Positions 1-4,165 of a DNA stretch of 4,165 nucleotides are shown piece by piece (within the stretch, counting starts at the first letter, position 1; each line of letters opens with the position of its first letter). The notes beneath the pieces are model-generated. The model worked only from the letters and a program-made list of their open reading frames with translations, was not told the DNA's origin and searched no databases. The position numbers and the translations under genes are program-made. The stretch lies in IMG/VR virus record IMGVR_UViG_2531839103_000002, one strand, 5' to 3'. Source of the DNA: a virus. Lineage: Duplodnaviria; Heunggongvirae; Uroviricota; Caudoviricetes.

Positions 1-481
1 GATTGCTCAGATTGGCGCGATGACTGAACAGCAAATCCGGCAGGTCTGCCGTCAGTGCATGGACCGCTGCCGGGCGGGTGAAACGTGGCCTCCGGACCTG
101 GCTGAGTTTGTGGCGTTGATTTCGGAGAGCGGGGCAAATCCATTTGGCCTGACGGTGGATGCCGTGATGGAGGAGTACCGTCGCTGGAGGAATGAATCCT
201 GGCGGTACGACGGGAGTGATAAATACCCGTGGCCACAGCCGGTGCTGTACCACATTTGCCTCGAGATGCGTGACAGAGGGATTGAGCGGCAGATGACGGA
301 AGGTGAGTTAAAACGACTTGCAGAACGGCAACTGACGAAATGGGCAAAGCAAGTTGGTAACGGGATGAGTATTCCCCCGATCCGGAGACAACTCGCATCG
401 CCGAAGTGCCCGCAAGGGCCAACGCCAATTGAATTACTGAAACAGGAATACGAGCGCCGGAAGGCGGCTGGTTTTGTTTGA
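1..481 (+). CDS. Replication protein P-like (lambda P family, DnaB helicase loader), 5'-truncated by the window edge
   Basis: The frame is open from position 2 to TGA 479-481; the first in-window ATG is at 20, but no stop lies upstream, so the gene probably begins before the window. The translation aligns by eye with the central and C-terminal part of lambda P as I recall it: TEQQIRQ...TWPPDLAEFVA versus MEQVNAG...FLPSPGQFVAW, a shared YPW motif, and MTEGELKRLAERQL...GNGMSIPP versus LTDAELRRKAADEL...NRGEAIPEP. Confidence 0.7.
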   Translation, partial: IAQIGAMTEQQIRQVCRQCMDRCRAGETWPPDLAEFVALISESGANPFGLTVDAVMEEYRRWRNESWRYDGSDKYPWPQPVLYHICLEMRDRGIERQMTEGELKRLAERQLTKWAKQVGNGMSIPPIRRQLASPKCPQGPTPIELLKQEYERRKAAGFV

Positions 482-514
482 ATCTGAGAAACGATTTTGT
501 CGGAGGAAATTTTA

Positions 515-1231
515 ATGGAAACCGTATCTGACGCACTGAAAGCACTGAAAAGAGCCTCTTCACATGTGGTGGCAGCTCGCCTTGGAATTAGTCGTGAAGA
601 GGCTGTCAACGAACTGTGGAAACTGAAACGCCGTGGAGAAGCGGATAACAAGGGGGCGATATGGTGGCTGACTCAGGCTGGTGAAAGTGAACCGGTGTCA
701 CCGGTACCGAAAGTGACGGCGCAAATGCTGACAGAGGCGATTGAACAACATGGCCCACAAACGGCGGATGAACTGGCATTGATGTTCGGAATTACCTCCC
801 GCCGGGCGAATTCATCGCTGGCAATGGCAATCAGCAAAGGGTGTCTGATTCGCGTGAATCAGGATGGTAAATTTCGTTACTGCATACCGGGCGTTGATTT
901 ACCGGCAGAGCCGAAAGCAGCATCCGTAGCTGAAACGGAGGGTAAAGCCCTTCCTCAGCCAGCTGGTGTTGCGTTACCAGTCCAGGAAACGGCTGCACAG
1001 GAAGAAATTAAAACAGAAGCGGTGGAGGACATTGTGAAGTTGCAGCAATCGTTCACTGAAGCGAAAGCAGATGACCTGATTCTACCATCGCTGCATGTGG
1101 CTAACCGCGAGCTGCGCCGGGCGAAAAGTAATGTTCAGAAGTGGGAGCGAGTCTGTGCTGCGCTACGGGAACTGAACAAACACAGGGATATTCTCCGGGA
1201 TATTACCGCCACCAGAGAGCAGCAGCGGTGA
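515..1231 (+). CDS. Hypothetical phage protein; two N-terminal segments look like winged-helix/HTH folds, followed by a Pro/Ala/Glu-rich linker and a helical C-terminus
   Basis: ATG 515 is preceded by GGAGG (502-506) at 8 nt spacing; the ORF track's 497 start is a TTG without a better RBS. Stop TGA is at 1229-1231. It sits 33 nt after the P-like gene in the same orientation. The fold assignment is by eye from [31 protein letters not shown] and [32 protein letters not shown]. Confidence 0.7.
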   Translation: METVSDALKALKRASSHVVAARLGISREEAVNELWKLKRRGEADNKGAIWWLTQAGESEPVSPVPKVTAQMLTEAIEQHGPQTADELALMFGITSRRANSSLAMAISKGCLIRVNQDGKFRYCIPGVDLPAEPKAASVAETEGKALPQPAGVALPVQETAAQEEIKTEAVEDIVKLQQSFTEAKADDLILPSLHVANRELRRAKSNVQKWERVCAALRELNKHRDILRDITATREQQR

Positions 1232-1545
1232 GTGGCTGGAAGAAGTGGCGCTGGGCTGAAATCCTGATACTCCGGCAGTGTGCGGGAACGATGAGAGTCG
1301 AAAGCATCGGTTATCTGATTGGCCGTAGTGAGTCAGCCGTCAGGACGAAAGCGCGGGAACTGGGTATCAGCATGATGTTACGGGGTGATTATCACCAGTC
1401 AGCCAAATGTTCACAGCGTGATATTGAGCTGGCGTGGCAACTGCATCAGCGTGGTGTACCCCGACGGGAAATTGCCGAAAAGTTTGGGATGAAGTTGGGC
1501 GCAGTGAATAACTACGTTTATTTCGACAGGAGGGTTCAGGAGTGA
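1228..1545 (+). CDS. Putative small HTH DNA-binding protein (GcrA-like / NinH-like helix-turn-helix pattern)
   Basis: GTG 1228 overlaps the upstream stop (GTGA, 1228-1231), implying translational coupling. Alternative in-frame starts are GTG 1141 (ORF track) and ATG 1291. Stop TGA is at 1543-1545. The segments [21 protein letters not shown] and [19 protein letters not shown] look like HTH motifs. The start codon is uncertain. Confidence 0.55.
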   Translation: MSGWKKWRWAEILILRQCAGTMRVESIGYLIGRSESAVRTKARELGISMMLRGDYHQSAKCSQRDIELAWQLHQRGVPRREIAEKFGMKLGAVNNYVYFDRRVQE

Positions 1546-1844
1546 GGGTGAGGGTTTATATCGCCGGTCCGATGACGGGATATGAAAATTTTAACCGCGA
1601 GGCATTTCACAAAACGGAAGAGGTGCTGAAACGGGAAGGGCATACCGTTTTAAACCCGGCAGTACTTCCGGACGGGCTGACTCAGCCACACTACATGGAT
1701 ATTTGCATGGCAATGCTCCGTTGCGTGGATGCGGTTTACATGCTGAAAGGCTGGCAGCAGTCGGCAGGTGCAGGGGCTGAGCTGGCACTGGAGGAGAAAC
1801 CGGGCCATGCGGTGATTTTTCAGGAGGTGGGCAGTGAATATTGA
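1542..1844 (+). CDS. DUF4406 / nucleoside 2-deoxyribosyltransferase-like domain protein
   Basis: GTG 1542 overlaps the preceding stop (GTGA), with AGGAGG at 1527-1532 upstream. The N-terminal motif VYIAGPMTG followed by NFNR...F is the signature I associate with the nucleoside 2-deoxyribosyltransferase-like fold (DUF4406, PF14359). Stop TGA is at 1842-1844. Confidence 0.7.
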   Translation: MRVRVYIAGPMTGYENFNREAFHKTEEVLKREGHTVLNPAVLPDGLTQPHYMDICMAMLRCVDAVYMLKGWQQSAGAGAELALEEKPGHAVIFQEVGSEY

Positions 1845-2151
1845 CCCGGCGATAACGATTGATATGGCCCTGAACGCCGGCCTGGCACTTCTTGGTTATT
1901 TCTACATTATGTTCTGCAGCGGACGATGGCTGTCACTGTTGTTCATGAAAAAATGGAATAAACGCCGTAAGCAGGAGCAACGCCAGAAGGCAATGGATGC
2001 ATTTTTCGAAGCCTTCGGAATTGACGGCATGGAACCAGGGGATCCAGCTCGCGCAATCAGCAGAGGGGGTGTAGTAATCCTTGTATATCGGAGTGAAGAG
2101 AAAAATGACGATCACAAAACAACGTGTAGAAGAAATCATATCCCGCATTGA
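1834..2151 (+). CDS. Small predicted membrane protein (one N-terminal hydrophobic helix followed by a Lys/Arg-rich segment)
   Basis: GTG 1834 is preceded by AGGAGG (1822-1827) at 6 nt and overlaps the 3' end of the upstream gene by 11 nt. The hydrophobic stretch is ALNAGLALLGYFYIMFCSGRWLSLLF, followed by MKKWNKRRKQEQRQK. The 3' 47 nt overlap the next ORF, so the true C-terminus is uncertain. Confidence 0.5.
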   Translation: MNIDPAITIDMALNAGLALLGYFYIMFCSGRWLSLLFMKKWNKRRKQEQRQKAMDAFFEAFGIDGMEPGDPARAISRGGVVILVYRSEEKNDDHKTTCRRNHIPH

Positions 2152-2422
2152 AATGTATGGACATGGTGCAGGGTATATCGCAGACGAGGTTAATGATCTG
2201 GCTATACTGGCGCTGAATTTATCAAATATCGCGAACCTGAAGCGATACGAGCTTGATATGGGAGGTTGCGACTCGTGCGGTCAGGATTGTGGCGCTGATA
2301 TGACTGAAGATCCTGATGGTGATTATGTCCTGTTTGATGACGTGGTTAAGTTGTTTGAATTTGATACAACCACTCAAAAGTTAGAAATCCCGGCAAAGGA
2401 GGCAGCCAGTGGGCAAGATTGA
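2105..2422 (+). CDS. Hypothetical acidic protein with a Cys-rich CDSCGQDCG motif
   Basis: ATG 2105 has a GGAG-like RBS at 2090-2093. Alternative starts are ATG 2153, two nt after the upstream stop, and TTG 2081 (ORF track). Stop TGA is at 2420-2422. The gene is visibly more AT-rich than its upstream neighbours. Confidence 0.55.
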   Translation: MTITKQRVEEIISRIEMYGHGAGYIADEVNDLAILALNLSNIANLKRYELDMGGCDSCGQDCGADMTEDPDGDYVLFDDVVKLFEFDTTTQKLEIPAKEAASGQD

Positions 2423-2846
2423 CTATCAGGCACTGCGTGAGGCAGCACAAAACTATCAATCGACGCTGGCGTGGTATCAGGCTACCCCGGACAGCCCAAA
2501 TGCTGAACGGGATTGTGATGCGGCTCTTGCTGCGTTTAAGCGTCACATCCGTCATCGGGAAGCGGATATTATCGCTGATTTGCTGGATGGACTGGAAGAA
2601 GCAAAATCACAACTCAACGAGCAGCGTGAGTATTACGAAGGCGTTATCTCTGATGGGAGCAAGCGTATTGCTGAACTGGAAGCGCGGGAAGTTCAATTAC
2701 CGACTCGCTACGACCTTCGATATGGACACCCGATAAATGCAGATGAGCGACATGTCATGATACCTAAAGAAAATGGCAGTTGGCTTTACCTGATTGACCT
2801 AGAACACGCATTACGCGTCGCTGGCATTCGCATCAAAGGAGAGTGA
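2409..2846 (+). CDS. Hypothetical phage protein; the N-terminus (IDYQALREAAQ...) is reminiscent of ead/Ea22-like prophage proteins (low confidence)
   Basis: GTG 2409 is preceded by a strong RBS AAAGGAGG (2395-2402) at 6 nt and overlaps the upstream gene by 14 nt. Stop TGA is at 2844-2846. The central region looks coiled-coil (EEAKSQLNEQREYYEG...RIAELEAREVQL). Confidence 0.65.
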   Translation: MGKIDYQALREAAQNYQSTLAWYQATPDSPNAERDCDAALAAFKRHIRHREADIIADLLDGLEEAKSQLNEQREYYEGVISDGSKRIAELEAREVQLPTRYDLRYGHPINADERHVMIPKENGSWLYLIDLEHALRVAGIRIKGE

Positions 2847-2847
2847 G

Positions 2848-3039
2848 ATGAACGGACAAATATCAATTGTTCGACCAGGAGCATGTGACGATCGCGAAAT
2901 ACGAATGATTATTCGTCTGGCGATGGGGAAAACAATAACTGCTCTCATTACTCCAGAAAATCTCGCATTAGCATTAACAGGAAAGTCAGACATGCCAGTA
3001 GAGCTAAAGCTGCGAAATGTTGAGATTAAGGTGAAATAG
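2848..3039 (+). CDS. Hypothetical small protein (63 aa)
   Basis: ATG 2848 lies one nt after the upstream TGA, with AAAGGAGAG (2836-2843) as RBS. Stop TAG is at 3037-3039. It is AT-rich relative to the flanking genes. Confidence 0.55.
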   Translation: MNGQISIVRPGACDDREIRMIIRLAMGKTITALITPENLALALTGKSDMPVELKLRNVEIKVK

Positions 3040-3041
3040 CT

Positions 3042-3599
3042 ATGACCACTATTACCAAAGATCGACTGCTGACAATCCAGCATTGGCGCGAAACATACGG
3101 ACCGGGTAGCAACGTTGTGCTTCCAGCAGAAGAAGCGGAAGAGCTGGCACGGATTGCGCTGGCATCACTGGCAGCAGTATCGGATGAACGAGCAGCCTAT
3201 GAATTATTTATGGAGAAGCGTTTCGGAGAATCTGTAGATCGCCGCAGAGCAAAAAATGGCGATAGAGATTACATGGTATGGGATATGGCGCTTGGCTGGA
3301 TTATCTGGTGTCACCGCGCCGCCATGCTTCAGGCTGGAAACTTTCGGGAAAATAAGGGTTCGTCAACCAATAATTTTCGGATAATCTCGGAAACGTCAAC
3401 CAACTCTCCGGCAATCCCTGATGAGGTGTTGTCCGCAATCCTGAAGGTCGCCAGGCTTCGTGCAGATTTCGATGCTTCTGAAGTGGACAGGCGAGGTATC
3501 GGTAGTTGTCTGGATGAGGCCGAGCAAGAACTTATCGTTACCATTAACGAATACGCCAGTCAGATCGCAGTAGAAGCGACACAGGGGGAGAACCAATGA
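3042..3599 (+). CDS. Hypothetical phage protein (185 aa), function unknown
   Basis: ATG 3042 lies two nt after the upstream TAG, with an AAGGTGA RBS at 3028-3034. Stop TGA is at 3597-3599. I could not assign a family from the sequence. Confidence 0.65.
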   Translation: MTTITKDRLLTIQHWRETYGPGSNVVLPAEEAEELARIALASLAAVSDERAAYELFMEKRFGESVDRRRAKNGDRDYMVWDMALGWIIWCHRAAMLQAGNFRENKGSSTNNFRIISETSTNSPAIPDEVLSAILKVARLRADFDASEVDRRGIGSCLDEAEQELIVTINEYASQIAVEATQGENQ

Positions 3600-3673
3600 G
3601 CCGGCCAGATGCATTTGCAGGCGTTGCTATAGCTATTGCTTTTCTAGTATATGTTATTTGTCGGTGGGGGTAA
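3596..3673 (+). CDS. Candidate 25-aa hydrophobic micropeptide (MSRPDAFAGVAIAIAFLVYVICRWG)
   Basis: ATG 3596 overlaps the upstream stop (ATGA), with GGGGGAG (3583-3589) at about 6 nt. Stop TAA is at 3671-3673. It is too short to appear in the ORF track. The product would be a single predicted transmembrane helix. It is supported only by coupling geometry and hydrophobicity. Confidence 0.35.
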   Translation: MSRPDAFAGVAIAIAFLVYVICRWG

Positions 3674-3708
3674 AAACGTTCGCCGGGATTCACACCAAGG
3701 GAGGGAAT

Positions 3709-3813
3709 ATGTCGGATGATATTTCACTGGTAATGGAAGGCGCTCTGGCTGTTATTGCTGTTGTGGGTGTTTACTGCCTGGTTGTGTTTTTGATGGAGCG
3801 CCTGGGGAACTGA
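3709..3813 (+). CDS. Candidate 34-aa single-transmembrane-helix small protein (MSDDISLVMEGALAVIAVVGVYCLVVFLMERLGN)
   Basis: ATG 3709 is preceded by a strong RBS AAGGGAGGG (3697-3705). Stop TGA is at 3811-3813. The product has an acidic N-terminus, a roughly 20-residue hydrophobic core and a short charged tail. It is absent from the ORF track because of its length. Confidence 0.5.
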   Translation: MSDDISLVMEGALAVIAVVGVYCLVVFLMERLGN

Positions 3814-3823
3814 ATTCATTCCG

Positions 3824-3839
3824 TATGGGAATTCCCATA
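3824..3839. repeat. Perfect 16-bp palindrome TATGGGAATTCCCATA
   Basis: The sequence is exactly self-complementary and contains an EcoRI site at its centre. It lies 10 nt after the stop of the 34-aa ORF and about 15 nt upstream of the predicted hok -35. No U-tract follows it. Confidence 0.9.
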
Positions 3840-3853
3840 TCGGGCAAAACGGT

Positions 3854-3881
3854 TTGCTGTAAAGCGAGAGTTAAGTAGAAT
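3854..3881 (+). promoter_or_regulatory. Predicted sigma70 promoter for the hok mRNA
   Basis: A -35-like TTGCTG (3854-3859) and a -10-like TAGAAT (3876-3881) are separated by a 16-nt spacer. The predicted start near 3888-3890 coincides with the GCTTGAGGC motif that I recall at the 5' end of the plasmid R1 hok mRNA. Confidence 0.45.
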
Positions 3882-3887
3882 TGCTGC

Positions 3888-4056
3888 GGGTGCTTGAGGC
3901 TGTCTGCCTCGGGCATGCCACCGTAAGGCAGACAGAGAAAAGCCCCAGTTAACATTACGCGTCCTGCAAGACGCTTAACATTAATCTGAGGCCCAATCTA
4001 TGCTTCACAAACGTAGGTTAGCCTCTTACGCGCCGAAAGGCAAGGAGAAGCAGGTT
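3888..4056 (+). promoter_or_regulatory. hok mRNA 5' leader with structural elements, the Sok target region and a mok-like upstream start
   Basis: Hairpin GAGGC-TGTCT-GCCTC lies at 3896-3910. A perfect 9-bp inverted repeat CTGTCTGCC (3900-3908) / GGCAGACAG (3927-3935) offers a mutually exclusive pairing. ATG 4000 has a CTGAGG RBS-like sequence at 3985-3990. The hok RBS AAGGAG is at 4042-4047. The overall order resembles the R1 hok leader as I remember it. Confidence 0.55.
3938..4008 (-). ncRNA. sok: Predicted Sok-like antisense RNA (antitoxin of the hok/sok type I TA system)
   Basis: On the minus strand there is a -35 TTGCCT (plus-strand 4038-4043), a 17-nt spacer and a -10 TAACCT (plus-strand 4015-4020), giving a start near 4008. 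The transcript would be antisense to the leader around ATG 4000 and would contain the stem GCGTC/GACGC (plus-strand 3958-3974) followed by a pyrimidine/U-rich tail. The ends are approximate. Confidence 0.45.
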
Positions 4057-4165
4057 ATGAAGCAGCAAAAGGCGATGTTAATCGCCCTGATCGTCATCTG
4101 TTTAACCGTCATAGTGACGGCACTGGTAACGAGGAAAGACCTCTGCGAGGTACGAATCCGAACCG
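4057..4165 (+). CDS. hokD: Hok/Gef-family type I toxin, 3'-truncated by the window edge; the first 36 residues match HokD/RelF as I recall it
   Basis: ATG 4057 has AAGGAG (4042-4047) 9 nt upstream. The translation is MKQQKAMLIALIVICLTVIVTALVTRKDLCEVRIRT, with the transmembrane helix and TRKDLCE motif characteristic of Hok/Gef. An in-frame ATG at 4000 could give a 19-residue N-terminal extension, so an automated annotation might call 4000 as the start. Confidence 0.8.
   Translation, partial: MKQQKAMLIALIVICLTVIVTALVTRKDLCEVRIRT

Noticed and set aside
52-651. 199-aa ORF on the minus strand
   Set aside because: It is antisense to the P-like gene and to the start of the next gene, both well supported on the + strand. 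It has no convincing RBS and a low-complexity Ser/Arg-rich translation typical of a shadow ORF in GC-rich coding DNA.
1542-1556. Tandem GTGAGGG TGAGGG at the start of the DUF4406-like gene
   Set aside because: It is only two copies of a short purine-rich unit overlapping an RBS and start codon. It is most simply explained as Shine-Dalgarno-like sequence plus Val-Arg-Val codons, not a repeat element.
2419-2736. 105-aa ORF on the + strand in an alternative frame
   Set aside because: It lies entirely inside the better-supported 2409-2846 gene, which has a strong RBS and stop/start coupling to its neighbours. It is an out-of-frame shadow.
1591-3614. Several short minus-strand ORFs (1591-1788, 1933-2148, 2346-2555, 2811-3083, 3329-3544, 3396-3614)
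   Set aside because: All are antisense to + strand genes that have RBSs and coupled starts. None has a recognisable RBS or family resemblance, and the whole region is organised as a single + strand operon.
3824-3839. The 16-bp palindrome as a rho-independent terminator
   Set aside because: The RNA hairpin would have only a 6-bp stem with an AAUU loop and is followed by UCGGGCAAAAC rather than a U-tract. I therefore recorded it as a candidate protein-binding site rather than a terminator.
3912-3919. 8-bp palindrome GGCATGCC (SphI site) in the hok leader
   Set aside because: It is short enough to occur by chance and lies inside a region already explained by leader RNA structure.
3752-3955. 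67-aa ORF on the minus strand
   Set aside because: It runs antisense through the 34-aa ORF, the palindrome and the hok promoter and leader. It has no RBS and its translation is low-complexity. The region is better explained by the hok/sok regulatory elements.
1-4165. CRISPR arrays, tRNA or rRNA genes, IS elements or integrase
   Set aside because: There are no regularly spaced direct repeats, no cloverleaf-capable segments of about 75 nt with conserved tRNA features, and no terminal inverted repeats flanking a transposase-like ORF. All sizeable ORFs are accounted for as phage cargo genes.

Overview
This window reads as part of a lambdoid-type prophage early operon, entirely on the + strand. 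It opens with the 3' part of a lambda P-like replication (helicase-loader) gene. About ten tightly packed, mostly uncharacterised small genes follow (515-3813), many with GTG starts and stop/start overlaps (GTGA, ATGA) suggesting translational coupling; one of them (1542-1844) looks like a DUF4406 / nucleoside 2-deoxyribosyltransferase-like protein. The window ends in the 5' half of a hok/sok-type type I toxin-antitoxin locus: a sigma70-like promoter, a structured mRNA leader, a predicted antisense Sok RNA with its own promoter on the - strand, and the first 36 codons of a Hok/Gef-family toxin that I recall as matching HokD/RelF. Two very short hydrophobic ORFs (25 and 34 codons) just upstream of hok are absent from the ORF track, and a perfect 16-bp palindrome lies between them and the hok promoter. 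No tRNA, rRNA, CRISPR array, IS element or integrase is visible. All homology statements come from reading the translations and from memory of the protein families; no database search was run.
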